Part shown: positions 10,276 through 23,689 of the stretch, piece after piece | Numbering within the stretch: the stretch's first letter is position 1 | Layout of the letters: each line of letters begins with the position of its first letter | Assembly (NCBI GenBank): GCA_051294905.1 | Contig: CM119384.1 | Coordinates: forward strand, 6,014,001-6,078,000 | Length of the DNA: 64,000 nt | Source of the DNA: Botryllus schlosseri | Lineage: Eukaryota | Reading direction: 5' to 3' | The notes under the pieces: model-generated | The model's input: only the letters and a program-made list of their open reading frames with translations | Databases searched by the model: none | What the model was told of the DNA's origin: nothing | Made by a program: the position numbers and the translations under genes

Positions 10276-13200
10276 TCACCGGTTGCGATACATTTTGAAT
10301 CTAGCTTCCTCATCATCCTTTATGTTATAATTGCGAATGGTGGGAATCTTGCCCTTTGCGATTGAAGACTTCGACTTTTTCGCGATCTTCGTTGAAACAT
10401 TCCTTTGCTCTTTCATCGCCACAGGAACTGCAAACAACCAAAAATGCTAACTCTGGAAAGATTGGATGACCAACCAGTGGGTGATTCGATTTCCCATCGT
10501 CCCAACAAGTCGGAGAGCCATCAGCCGTGTGCGCTATGGCCGAGCTACATAGCGCTGATTTGACAAAGCTATAACACTAAATAGTATCTTGCATACTCTT
10601 CCATTTTCAATTGGGAAACTGAACAAAATATGTCACTGCAGGCGTCTATTCGTAATGGAACAGTGAATTCACTCAGTTTTGTCATGCAGTGATATAACGC
10701 TGGGTGCCATTACAAACACCGGAATAAGCTACTGGACTTTTCACAGAAACAAAAGAATCGACAAAAATCAGAAATAATCACCACTGTCATCCCCACTTCT
10801 CGGTAAGGACGGGCTGTCTTCATCCAGGACATTCCAAATTTTCCTTGCCGATGCGTCTCCCACAGTGGATAGGCTGTATTGAAGTGTCTCGCCGACTTTT
10901 CTATGAGACTCGTTTGGATCATCTACATCAAAAAAAGCACATATGTCGAAACTATGAACGCTTAGATAACATATGTGGCATGATAACCAAGATCAAAAAA
11001 TTCTTATGCAGCAAGCCAAAATATTGAGCAGAGTGAAGAGCCAAGGAAAGCTGACAACACTAATATTCACACTCTTGCCACAACATTGGCAGTCTGCCTC
11101 TATGTAGAGCGATGGTTCTTAACCGGTGAGTCACAGGATCACTCGAAGGAAGAACACAAAGTGTCAAACACTACATGCACACACATTCCCTCATTTGTTC
11201 ATTCATTTTATGATTTCGTAACATCACAAGACAATTAGAGATAGGAAGTAGTGGGAGAAATATACCGTGTATAAATCAAACAACTACCATCTCTCAAGCT
11301 CTGCATATGGCAGATTGCCCAAGAACATACACTTACACATTCAGCATCGAAACCAGATAACAACAATACCTATTGGTGTAGAGTTCTTGACTGAATGTAC
11401 AGTGGATTCCATTGCAAGAGACCGTGGTTCATTTTCGCTGCCTAACCTCTGAGCGAATTGCAGTTCTTGCCTGAAGCATAGGTTGAATATTCATTTCAGC
11501 AAATCAACATGTATTTCATCTTTACCTTGTCAATTGGTACTGGAGATCTTCAAGCTGCTTAAGTTTATTACGGTCGACTTCGAATTTAGGTTGAGGCCGA
11601 TTCGTAGTTACAGGTCCTATCAAATAATTTTACTTTAAAATGCAAAGTCGACTGAAAAATATATTCGAAAAAACCTGCACTATCTCCTCTCTCCCGTACC
11701 ACGTGGTGCCGTCCGCGCTTCATTGACTCTATTTCCGATCTCAAGCTGTTACCGATTTCAAGTAACTGCGATTTTTCTTGCGAAAGAAGTGTGATTTGGC
11801 TGACAGCTTTTGCCAACTTCTCTTGCAGATGATTCACCAAATACGCAGCTGAAAGGATGAATTGGAAACGGGTCACCTGGAGTAACACAACTGCAAGTCA
11901 GGCCCCATGCATTGTTAAATTCTTGATGAATGAAAATACTGCTTAGCAGCGAGTCAACGAATTTCCTAACAATAACACCCGTCATACATTTCAACAAAAC
12001 ACATAACAATGGATTCAAAAATATTTAAATAGTAATTGAGATATTTTCTGCTAACATTTAAGATACCTTTGGAGGGACTTTTCAATGCTCTATCCACGAT
12101 ATAGTCTTGCTTTGTCTTGGCTAGTCTGCGCTTGGCGAGCATTTGACCATGAAAGAATGGTTGAAACCCTTTATTCTGAAAATAGAGAAGCTGATATTTA
12201 TCAAATTGAAAGGACCATGCACGCTTTTCTACATTTCCACATTCATAACGGTGTAAATAGGCGGTTCCAAGCCATGAACCTTAAGTCATCATGAGGGGAA
12301 GGGTAACATGGGCAATGGACATTCACTTATTGGTGCTTCCTCAATCCTCAACTACAAATTTCTTGGTGATGTTGGTTTTAGCTACAAGACAGAAACAATA
12401 CAGGTTTGTTCAAGGTACAGAATCAGTAATGCCCTAACCATTCCTTCGATTCCTGATGAAATAATTCAGTAGAATTGATCGACCATCACAACACATTAAT
12501 TTTAGTGACAGTGATGCATTTGATTGCACGTTGACCTCAAATAATGCCTTCCATGTTTTAACTGCTAATTCCACATCATTATTGAGCTAATACATACACA
12601 TAGCTTTTTTTCCTGTACAGCATCATTTACAGGTTGTGATGATTCTAGTTTTTCTGGCTCCACGGCATTTGAATCTCGTCGATCTAAAAATTAAATTCAT
12701 GTTTCTTCTCAACAATTAAAATTCCATGTACGTAAATTGAGAATACCCCTCAAAAGTACCACCAGTGAGACGATAAGAATGGGCAATAAGTTCACTGATT
12801 CGAAATAGAATAGGGCATATTAAATCCAATTCGATCTTTCGATTATCAAATCAGATGAACCAAATCAACAGTTAGAATGACATTGTATGCATTCTATATT
12901 TTCTCATTGGGCAGAGCAGATTTGATTGGCAGCTTTCAATAACCACATAAACTGGTATTTCTTAAACTTTTTTACACGACACCCCCTTACCATTCCCTTT
13001 AGCGAGATCTTGCGCCTTTCTCATCTCTTTCTTCAAATGCAATATCTGACTTTCCAAGGACATGACGTAATCGGAAGAAAACCCTTTCTCCTTGACCTGA
13101 TAATAACAAAATGCTTTAAAAAATAAGGATAGGCTGCTATATCGCACAAAAACGACCCATTGCTCATTACGAATTCACTTGCCGGAACTAGGAACAGACT

Positions 13201-16200
13201 AAGTTAAGAGTAGGGCTGGGCAAAATCGAGTACCTGAGTGATTCGATTCTGAATCACGTAATATGCTTCGAGTCGAGTAATCGAGTATCACTCATTATGA
13301 CGTCATAACAGAATGTAACACGTCAAAGTTCAAATATGTACTGTTTATGCCATCACAATGAATATAATGCCAGTTATCCATCTCATAAAAGGTACTTGGG
13401 TATTTTTTCGACCATGCCGATTTCATTCCACTTGGTGACAATGTTGTGGGATAATCATGACTTCGGAAATGTGCTACGTCAAGTAACCTTAGTAGCTTTG
13501 TGCCATATCTTTCGATAGCTACGATACCGCCATTCAAGGTTTCAAGGCTTCAACAGTGAAAATTAGTATCGAAACTATAATTCTCGTTCATAAATTAACT
13601 TTCAGTGGTGAGAAGCGTATAATTTCACAACTCGAAAAAATCATCTTTTACTACTCGACTCGAATCATTAAAATTAATACTCGATTCAGATTCGAGTACT
13701 CGAATCATTGTGCCCAGCCCTAGTTAAGAGTATCGTAATTTGTTGCCAGATTCATACTTCGTCTCCCTTCTCAGGAATTTGATTCTCTTTCTCCTGTTCC
13801 AAAGCATGCTGCATGGATTGAGACATTTGCTCGATAACCGCCTTCAGTTGCTCGTTCTGTGCGACGAGTTCCTGAAAATTGAGAAAAATGCCTCGTAAAT
13901 GAATCAAAATCAAATAAGTATAATAAATGAACGAATTGAGCTGACCACAAAAAAATCTATACAAGCAGTTAAAAAGTTACCATAATTCTGTGTTCAGAAA
14001 ATGAATCTTTTCCATCCCAATCATTATTTTCATGGCCTAATCTCTCTTTTAATAACCGTAATTCAGCAACTGCATCATCACGTGACTTCATCAAGTTCTT
14101 CACGAGTTCATCAGTCTGGAATAAAACGGCTTGTATCAAGCGTCTGGTAAACTGATGTAGATCAACCAACGGAAAAGAAGATACTCATTAATCAATTAGT
14201 ACGATCATCACATAAATTTCTTCGGTTTGGTGATACAAATATCTTGCCACTCTCTACTTCAGCATATGTTTCCCTAACGCAAAATAATATTACTTACCTC
14301 TGCATTATGCTTCTTCTCGACTTCATGGCATTTCTGTTGCCAGTCTAGCTTCAATTGGACTTTGGATTGCAGAAGAAGATTTTCTTTTTGTGCCGCTTCT
14401 GCCACCTCATTTTCACGTCTGTGACGAGAATAAAAATTTTGGAATCGTAATATTATAGTTCAAGCGCTGTTATAGTAGCTAAAGATATCCTGTCAGCGAC
14501 ATCATTTTTTCCCCGCATCATGGTGTGATGAAAGCGGGAAATCCACAAAAAGCAGTTTTATGACAAAGTCATTGGTCTGACCCAGACAGGGATTGAACGT
14601 CGGCTTAGGAATGTGAGGGTTTTGAAGAGGGGTAATTAACACAAAGGTAAAACTAGCCGAATTTAGTACCGTACCACAAAGAAATATTGAATACAAACCA
14701 ATTATACTTCTAGTCATTGAGGTAAAAAATGAATGATCGATTCTGGTTATAATTTCTAACAACAAAATCAATGCAAAATTCACATGTCTCACTTTTTCAA
14801 CTGTTCTCTCATATTTGCGAGTTCGCAGCTTAAGATGTCAGCCTTTTGCTCCAGATTTTGAATTTCTACGTTCTTCGTGGTTATGGCGGCATCGTGCGCT
14901 TTTATTTTATCATCGAATCTGTGGAACAGAATTCAATGTTATTTTATATCTTGAAACTACGTTCTCAAAGAAAAAAGGATGGTCTGTAAATTCGTCCAGA
15001 AGACAGAGGCAAATCTTACTGATTTTTCAAATCTTCCCTTTCTTTATTCAGAGTACTGATGTCTCTTTCAAAGTTTTTCCGAGAATCATCTGATTCTTGC
15101 AACGTTCTCTTCGTTTCAAGTTCACAGGCATCCGCTTTCCTCCGTAACTTGCTGGTATTGATTAGAATATCAATAACGGTAAGAAGATAACACGGCGATG
15201 ATAGCCAAACAGGGAATGGAGGATGTTTTTTGATAGTTTTGATATGCCAAAGATTTGAAAAATATTCAATGCCTAAAAAGCACAGACCAAGGTAAATCTC
15301 AAGAGTATTTCCAGCATCAGTAATTCAGTATCATTTCAACCATTTTTATCAATTAAAAATACCACAATAATTGCTATACAAAGTAAAGGAAGGAGTTGAT
15401 ATGACTTGGCGAGGTCCATTAATGAACTCCCATCCCGGCCTACAGATATAGTGACAAAAATAGAAGAAGGTGTTGTGTGAGACATGCAAATTCGAGAAAT
15501 AGCCTACTGAATAATCATACCATGGGCAAATGATGAAATAGTGTGATCAAGATCAAGGTACAGACCGCATGGTCCATACGTCAAAAATCGATACTGCAAT
15601 CCCAATATGTGCAGTAGTGTTGACTGTTTGAATTAAGACTTGGAGTCATTTGATACCTGATTTGCTCCATAAGCTGTTTTTCCCTATCGGCAAAATTTTT
15701 CCGAACGACATCCATATTTGAATGTTTAATCCTCATGTCCTTATCGAGTTGCTTCCTTTTTTCCTCAAACTCATCTACGGCGCAATCTCTTTGCCGCGTC
15801 AAACATTCAATCTGGAATCCAAATATATTGGGTGACTAAAAACACGGACTAGGACCGATGCCTAGTGACTACGGCTTACCTTTGATTCTAATTCCAAGAT
15901 TCTAGAATTTTTCACATCCGATATATTGCTGGCGTTATTCTCCGCCTCCAGAAGCTGCTTTCTCAATTGCGACGCGACACTTTCAGCTTTGCGGAGCGCT
16001 TCACTCTGGTCTTTGTGTTCCGTTTTCAAATGTTCCAACTCTTTCTCCAGAAACTTGCACTGCAGCGTGTGACAAGCATTATTTCAGAAGATGGACTACG
16101 GTAGCAATATCCTGTTATAACTAGGGCGATTTTGTTTTAAGATGTCAAAATTGTAGCGTTAGGTCAAAAAATTGTCAAAATTCTTTACAAAGTCAAGATA

Positions 16201-19200
16201 TTTTTGCCACCTGGATTTCGTTTGTATCGTAAATGTTGCACTGTCGGTGAACTTATCATTTGACATTTCACAGCTATCAGCCCACTGTATAGGCCTACCG
16301 TTGTAGACGACCCATTATCCGCTCATTGTGAATCATAAGCCAAATGAAACAACTAGGTTGAGATGGTGTTATGCTGAACGTATCGCAATATCCTATCTGA
16401 AGCAGGACTGCATAGGCACTGGTTCTTATGTCTAGAAGAGCATGATGAAAAAATGTGATGTAGACAACATTGTAAACAATGAAGCAACATGGAGCGTCAC
16501 CAGCAGTGTACGCACAACTTCAATGTTGCCTGCCCCAAACTGCTGCTGTTTAACGTTCTTTCTCCATTCTTGGTAAGCTACCACTTAGTAAGGACAGACA
16601 CTTTCTGCCTGGGAATATAGGAGAGCATCTTTCATTGTACTACAAAATATTTTAATTATTTCTACCATAATGCGTGATGTAGCTACTGGAATTCTCCACA
16701 GGTTCAGATTTCGTTAAAATAAAGTTTTTTCATGTAAAAATTTGTCAGTTTTCAAGTCTAAAAAGTTTTCTCAGGCCAAACTACCTCGTAAGGACAGACA
16801 GTTCCAACCAGAAATGAAGATAAGTAGTAAAATTCTAACATTATATGCGAAAACAACTAATTTACATACATGAGAGCAAAATTTTGTCAAAATTAAGTTT
16901 TTCAAGGTAAAAAAATTTCAGTTATAACCTAGTTATAACCGACTTGTGCTGGAACAGCCTTCCTTCGTAATACAGGGTAAGTAAGTGTCAAAGGATATGG
17001 ATGATTACAAGTATCATAAAGCTCTCATAAAGAAAGACCGATACAATTTTGAAACTACTGTCTTGATAACGGAAGGAAAGAAGCAATAAATAGAAATGAA
17101 CCAAACTAAAATACAAGTGAATATATTGACATATTCCCAGACTCGTAGAGTGGCTAGGCATAATCAAGTAAGCTTACGTGACAGATTCGTTTACGAGTGG
17201 AGTATAACGCTCCGAATTGAGTTCTTGAGTATCGCTCATTGTGAGGTCATGCATCTCAAGAAGAATTGAAAAGCTAAAATATCAAGGCTACCTTCTATAG
17301 CAATACAAATAAAATATTCCAAGTTGAACTTAACCGAATTTCTTTGTTTGAAATGAATTATTGTACCCAGATTTGTCTCTCCAGCAAATGAACAGCAGGT
17401 ATTTGTGCAGGATTGTTATTCATGTAGTTCTCAACCAACTCGCCAGTAACTAACAGCGCATATGTACACTAGTTTATCAGCAATTGACATGACAAATTGC
17501 CGTCCATAATATTCGCTGATCACTGAATCAAGATTCATGTTACCTTCAACTCATGAGCAAGCACATCCGCTTCGACCTTTTCGGATTTCTTCCTATTTTC
17601 AAAATCTTTTTCTTTCAATATTCTCTCGAACTCAGCGTTCAACTCAAACTTCTGAGCTTCGATTTCAGCTTTAAGCTGAGCTTCAACCCGTTCATGGCTG
17701 GATTTCAAGTGACTTAGTTGAGAAGTTATCTCATCTAGCTCTTCTTCCTAGGATAGATTAAACGAAGGTGAGGAAATAAGACTTAAGTACGAGACTGGAC
17801 ACTGTACAGAAATCAATAATAACGGACTTCTACATTTTTGATAATAACCATAACTCAAGAGGAGTGACTATAATTGCATTATAAACTCATATTGGTGTTA
17901 ATATCAGAATATGCTTAACATTTCTGAAGCTGAATTATTAGCTCCAAATATTTGTGCGCTTGTTTGGTTTAACTTGATGCGGAACAAGACAGGTTTGATA
18001 TGAAAACCGAGTAACATTAATTAAATCATTTGGGTATAGAAGCGTGGGTCGTATGATAACAGGCAAATGCCATCTGAGCACTTATAATGCATGTCAATTC
18101 CTGAATTTAATTAATCCTATTTGTATTGTAAATTCACATGCAGTACCAATGATGATGGAAATACAATTGTGTTCTTGTAAATTCAAGGATTATATGAAAG
18201 TTTGTCTCATATATCTTCACTTTTGTTATCACGCAAATAATATTATACAGAACATTTATCGCTCACGTACCTTCGAAGTTTTCAGCAACTCTATTGTCGA
18301 TTGCTGTCTAGCTATTTGCTGTCTGAAATGCAGTTGCATTTCACACTTGGCATGTTGTTCCTGTTTGAGAGCAGCATTCAACTTGTCTATTCGTATCCTG
18401 AGATCGCTAATTTCAGCAATGTGAGATGATTCAATAGTCTGGGCCAACAAAAACTGAGTTGAACACAGAACGCTATAATGATGAATATGTCAATGCTACG
18501 AATCTTACCTTAGCTTTAACCATCAATTCGTCATATCTTTCCAATTCCTTGTCGCGTTGGTGCAAAAGCTGAAAAGTCAGCAAGAGTGATGGTGAATAGT
18601 GCTTAGAAAACGCTGGTTCTAGCATTATATTTCGATATCTTGGTTGAACACCACTGGTAATATTTTACTACATTTGAGCAACATCTTTCTCATTCAAAAG
18701 CATATCTGTTTGGCCAGGGGCGGCCAAGGTTTTGAGTGGCTCGTGAAATAATTCTCGAAATTAATTTCAATTACAAAAGAGAAATTACCCATGTAATATT
18801 TAGTGTGAATTCGCAAGGCCAACAAACAATTTGATTAGACCGGGGCCTACGATATCACAGAGCCCGATTAGCCTGACCGCTAAATTTGGGATGTTGATAA
18901 CTAAAATATCAGTTCAGACATATTGGCGTAGCTAGGGGGAAGTTTGATTTTTCGTAGATCTTCGTACATGACCATAAAGTAGAATATTTCGTGGCAGACT
19001 TATTTGACTTAGTATTTTTCTCAGCACTTTCCGCGATTTATTGTCACTCGATTTCTTGCTTTTACTATTGGTAGGCTACCCCTACTGAAAATTAAAAAGA
19101 CGCCCAATTTACAGTATTCAGCAGGCCTATGACTATATTCGCAATTAAGAGAGAACGTGTCGTCCAACATGCGACTTTGCGTCCGTACTCACAGAAAGAT

Positions 19201-21629
19201 CGTCGACGATAAAACCTTTGCCCAAAATGATACACATATACACGCCAAAATCATTGATATTGATGTGTACAAGCGCCAAATAATCCTGTCCTTGCCAAAT
19301 GGGTTCAGCGGTATATAGAGGCGATTCCCAATATATGCAAGTGACATTGCTACTGGTCAATTTTCGCGTGCGCAGTTATGTACATTGACTTTTCATGACA
19401 TAATTGTTACTGACTTTGTTGCATAGTACTGCAAATCTTGTTTTCACCATTACCGGTACCTAATCCGGTTCGCTCTTATCGGGCGACTTAAAAAAGGTCA
19501 TCAACATTTAAGTGACGCTTGTGCAGAGGTGGTCAAAGTAGTCAAGAAGGCTACTCAAGTAGAAGTAGCGATGAAAAAATCTACTCAAGTACGAGTAGAA
19601 GTACTTCTTCCATAAGCAACCTAAAACTACTTGAAGTAGAAGTAGAATTTCCTGACTTTAAATCTACTCAAGTAAGTAAGTAGTTGTGAAAACGATCGTA
19701 ATTCGTTCGCATGGATTGTCAAAAGCTGCAAATTGAGCTATGTGAAAAGTGCCGAGCTTGATTCATATTGATGCATACCTGGAGGTATCCAATTTTCGAC
19801 AGCATAAGCATTCGTCCGGATCATGGAATTAAAATGATAGTATTGATATGGAAATGCGATACTAATCCTATGTTTACTCGAGCGGCACGTTTTAGAAAAT
19901 TTCATGGTATGGCGCACTCCCCCATATTATAAGACCCGTAGTTTAGTCGAAGAGCAATACGGAGAAGTTGTATAGGATACGGTGTAAACACTTTGCGAGA
20001 TTAGTAAACGTTAATAAAAAATATGGTGGATCGTAAAAATGCCATATTGTGTAGCTTTATTTCTGAAAATTAAAGGCATTATGCTACACTTGCTTTTATA
20101 CTTCAACATGTATGTTATCCAGACCAAAGAACTGATATCATTTAGAACTCAAAGTATATGATGATGGGAATGGAAAATGAAATATACATACTACTTCTAA
20201 AAGCGGAAAATGTATTTCATGTCTTAAGTCCAGAAAGTTTCAAAGGTGGTATGCTAAAACAGTTCTAAAACTAAAAAAGTATCACAGTCCCCTTTTACAG
20301 ATTAGGACACGCCATGTACTGTTAGATTACGACATGATAAGTAGATCCTGAACATCAGTTTCAAACGTTTTGATGAGCCATATATACTTTGATGAAATAT
20401 TTCATATGGACGAAGGGCGACAATGCGGTGTGAACGCCAACCAGCTACTCAAATTATATTCACCGATACTTTCGTGAAATCATACTGGTTACTCCGTATC
20501 CGCTGAGCACGACGAAAATTTTGGGCTTTACTAAACTTTTATGAAAACTAAATGTTGATACTCCGTGAAAACAGCCCCGAAATTCCTCAGGCTATCTTCG
20601 TGATCGGAGCAATAAACTACTTCTACTTGAAAAACTGAAAATAGCAAAAAGTAAGTAAGTAGATCACAAAATATTACGAAGTAGAAGTAGCGAAAATCAG
20701 ATCTACTTGAATACTTCGAAAAAGTAGTACTTCGTTACTGACCACCTCTGTGTTTGTGCTATCACTAACCTGGTATAATATGTATTCCTTGTTCACGATT
20801 GTTCAGCTTATGTCATGCTATGACATACTATGACATTGTCATAGTACTTGTACAAATAAAAAGTAATCGTTCTTTCACAAAGAAATCGATTAGATATGGG
20901 AAGTATTCAATAACGATTACTTCGGAATTTTTCGAATGTAATCGATTGCGATGACTTGAAACTGCTGTAATCGATTACGATTACCAATCGCGATTACTAT
21001 ATGTCTGCTCATGGTATGCACACTATGGCAGATCATGTGTATGTATATTATGAATTGGTGTATAATGCTGCAAAAACATCAAAGACAAAAATACACAACG
21101 TCCTACTTAATCAACTACTGCGACATTTTGCTGTAATTTTAATCGCGCATTTCAGAAGTAATCGTCGTAGCCGTTGAAATTGATGCAGCAATCGCCACAT
21201 GTCCAATGTACACACTGTATAAATGTACAGTACAGCCTAACCATTGAAAATTTGATATTCACAGTGAATGTAGTAAAATGGGGAATATAAAATGTCGATT
21301 ACTGTAGTTGGTACAATGAAGTAAATTTGTTAAAAAGACAGATTGGTATGCAACTCGAATCAATATCTAAAAGTATGAAGAATGTAACAATTCATAACAA
21401 TCTATATAGGCCTACCTGGATAACTAGACAAGACACGAATACTCACACTGAGATTGTACTTGAAGTCTTTTTTCAGTTCAAGCAGCATTTCATGATTTTG
21501 AATACACTCTCGATCTTTCCGCTGAAGTTCGCCTTGCAGGGTTGAAATCTGCAACGAGTTCGCTTCTTTCCATTCCTTCTCTTTCTCAGCAGCGAGTGTG
21601 TTTATATTTTGTAAATTAATCGATGCCAT
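10276..21629 (-). CDS. CCDC57: Coiled-coil domain-containing protein 57 (centriole/cilium protein), about 834 aa, 19 exons
   Basis: Exons: 21629-21447, 18568-18509, 18438-18271, 17747-17544, 16059-15880, 15811-15657, 15151-15020, 14918-14793, 14418-14298, 14115-13981, 13871-13758, 13096-12991, 12683-12631 (tentative), 12175-12067, 11848-11675 (weak donor), 11616-11526, 11470-11370, 10922-10782, 10427-10276. CCDC57-like motifs: DFKYNLSLLHQRDKELERYD, LAHELK, QLKLDWQQKC, EKSQLLEIGNSLRSE, LEDLQYQLTRQELQFA, C-terminal IRNYNIKD. Confidence 0.9.
13211..13722. mobile_element. Non-autonomous hAT element (MITE), 512 bp, in a CCDC57 intron
   Basis: Perfect 12-bp TIR TAGGGCTGGGCA/TGCCCAGCCCTA; perfect 8-bp TSD GTTAAGAG; subterminal ACTCGA/TCGAGT repeats. 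Confidence 0.92.
16122..16931. mobile_element. Degenerate hAT-like insertion in a CCDC57 intron
   Basis: Flanked by the 8-bp direct repeat GTTATAAC. Only TAGG/CCTA of the TIR survives; GTCAAAA repeats occur near both ends. Confidence 0.5.
18715..19160. mobile_element. Partial hAT-Charlie-like element related to 28224-28844
   Basis: Starts CAGGGGCGGCCAA; shares internal blocks (ACTAAAATATCAGTTC..., GATTTCTTGCT...CCCTACTGAAAAT) with the 28.2-kb element. No right end found. Confidence 0.5.
19524..20750. mobile_element. Non-autonomous hAT element, family B, copy 1 (1227 bp)
   Basis: TIR CAGAGGTGGTCA/TGACCACCTCTG; AAGTAG/CTACTT subterminal arrays; flanks CGCTTGTG/TGTTTGTG (6/8, both differences C>T). 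Second copy at 29860-31452. Confidence 0.85.
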
Positions 21630-21845
21630 GGCACATCCTGATCATGCAAAATCAAATAGCTTTTACAACAAAAGCGGCAATGACTTGAAACATGAGACGT
21701 TCAGATCAAAACTTGACATTAAACACTATAACAGGCATGGGATCGGATCAGGACTCCATTTCGGTCTGTGGCCATGCGACACTTGAGCATGTGGGTTAAA
21801 TATCGAGTTATGGCTACATGTTAGGCAAGGATACACAAGGACTAA

Positions 21846-22041
21846 GGAGGTGGTAAGAAACAAAGTGCTACTACTTTTTGAAGTACCAAAGTAGGTTTTT
21901 AGCGTACTTGTACTTCACGGTTTCAGTTTCCAGGCAAACTTAGTCCTGGAATACTTACTTGGAAATTGCAACATTTTTTACGATATTACTTCTACACTTT
22001 TATATGAGCACCACGACAGATGGCTACTTTGACCACTTCTG
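21846..22041. mobile_element. Short degenerate relative of hAT family B
   Basis: GGAGGTGGT...TTGACCACTTCTG ends with AAGTA/TACTT repeats. Confidence 0.55.
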
Positions 22042-22050
22042 GATATAAAT

Positions 22051-22409
22051 TAGGGTTACCATACGTCCTACTTTAGGAGGATTTGTTCTCCTTTTTCGGG
22101 TTTTTGAAAATGTCCTCCGAGGACGCCGAAATGTCCTCCTTTTTGAGATTTTGTCCTCTTTTATAGGAATTTATAGCAAAATTCGACTGAGATGCCGTAA
22201 ATCAGCACCGAAGTGACGCTCCGGCGGGTATTTCGGGAGCTGAGCGAAAGCTGACCTGACCACCCGACAACGTGAAGGAAAAAACTGTATTTTTTTTTAG
22301 TCAACTGACTGCGAAGTGGTAGAATTTACCAATTTTTCAGAATTTTCCACTGTGTCTGCAAATTTAGAAAAGTCTCCTCCTTTCCCGATTCCAAAATATG
22401 GTAACCCTA
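22051..22409. mobile_element. hAT MITE, family A (TAGGGTTACCATA termini)
   Basis: TIR TAGGGTTACCATA/TATGGTAACCCTA; (A)TATAAAT duplicated at both flanks (7-8 bp); GTCCTC repeats. Confidence 0.85.
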
Positions 22410-22765
22410 TATAAATATGGGTTAATTTCCGGGTTAGCACTGGAATTAGAGTTAGTTTTGGGGATATAAAGCCATACGCTCAGATGAAGCATGCTAGAGT
22501 GTCTTACTCTCATTGCTCAACGGCCGGGCAACCCTCCATTTCATCCAATAGGACTGGGCCTTAATCATGAAAAATGATTGGTAACGACAAAAAAGAGTTT
22601 AAAAATACTGGGGCAGAAGTCTCATAGTAGCTGATCCAATATCTGTGTTGGCATTTGATTATTGCAATTTTGCAGTCCTTTAACACATATGAACCACAGA
22701 CTGAGACATAGACAACTGATTGATGGATAGATATGATTATTGCTTGATATTTGTCACATGAATGA

Positions 22766-23347
22766 TTATTTTTCCTTTTGCTGGCGTTCGATTTCTCTTA
22801 CCGCAAGAAATATTTCAATCATTAATATCACAGTACCTACAGCAATACCAATGCCGGCACGAATTCCCAGATCAGGGATCATATTTTGTAATAGATAAAT
22901 CGTCGCGCCACATGATGCGAATAATGTAATAGCAAAGTTCAATCCACTGATCGCTGTTGATTTAGTCTTCTTTGGCTTCCAAGACACATCTCTCACGGAG
23001 GACACATTTTCCACCATTTTGTCATAATCTTTATTAGCCTGCTGCGCTGCTAATCTTTTCAGACGCTTTTGTAGCTCTGGGTTCGGATCTCTTTTAGGAA
23101 GTTCGGGAAGCACCATGGATGTATCCTCGAGAAGTGACAAGGCCGATATCTCATCACATTCTTCCGAGCTTATTGAGCATTGCCATTCAAAAATTCGGAT
23201 CATGTCTGGTAAATCCATTGAGCCTCCCTTAATCGCAGATCTCAGTACCTCTGTCAGTTCATCAGGAATTGAGATGCTTTTCGAGCTGAGTAACTTTTTT
23301 GCGTTCCCAATACCATTTTCCTTCAAAATAAAGGATATAGGCTCCAT
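22766..23347 (-). CDS. TMEM199: TMEM199 / Vma12 V-ATPase assembly factor, single exon, 193 aa
   Basis: LPELPKRDPNPELQKRLKRLAAQQANKDYDKMVENV matches the Vma12 core (PxRNPELxARLxxLxxxxxxxEYxxMxxNV), followed by two C-terminal TM segments. Confidence 0.92.
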   Translation of the reverse strand: MEPISFILKENGIGNAKKLLSSKSISIPDELTEVLRSAIKGGSMDLPDMIRIFEWQCSISSEECDEISALSLLEDTSMVLPELPKRDPNPELQKRLKRLAAQQANKDYDKMVENVSSVRDVSWKPKKTKSTAISGLNFAITLFASCGATIYLLQNMIPDLGIRAGIGIAVGTVILMIEIFLAVREIERQQKEK

Positions 23348-23689
23348 CGTCCTAACTTTAAAAAATTGAACAGCAGAACAGTGGAACTATAGAGGATGTA
23401 GGATCCTACATCCTCTGTAGTGGAACAGTGAAGAGCGCGGTGTTTTAACTTTGCTAAACTGTTTTGTTCCGCTTGACCGATCAAAGTTCTTCATGCAAAT
23501 ATATTATTTCACGCGGTTATCATGGCCTCTTCAAAGGCTATGCTGTTATTCTGGTTGCAGCCAAAGAGCGACTGCACTGATGCAAGATTCTGCAGCACAG
23601 AATTAAATTTCGCAACGGCTATAAAGGCGGATGTGATGGAGTATGCATCATTCACTAATCCCACTGAGAACACAATCTGGGTTTACCAG
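23348..23689. promoter_or_regulatory. Candidate bidirectional promoter between TMEM199 and TTC5
   Basis: Head-to-head genes. The interval is 342 bp if TTC5 starts at the micro-exon at 23690, otherwise about 1 kb. Confidence 0.55.
23391..23416. repeat. Perfect 26-bp palindrome flanked by an 8-bp direct repeat
   Basis: AGAGGATGTAGGA|TCCTACATCCTCT, with AGTGGAAC at 23380-23387 and 23419-23426. Confidence 0.9.
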
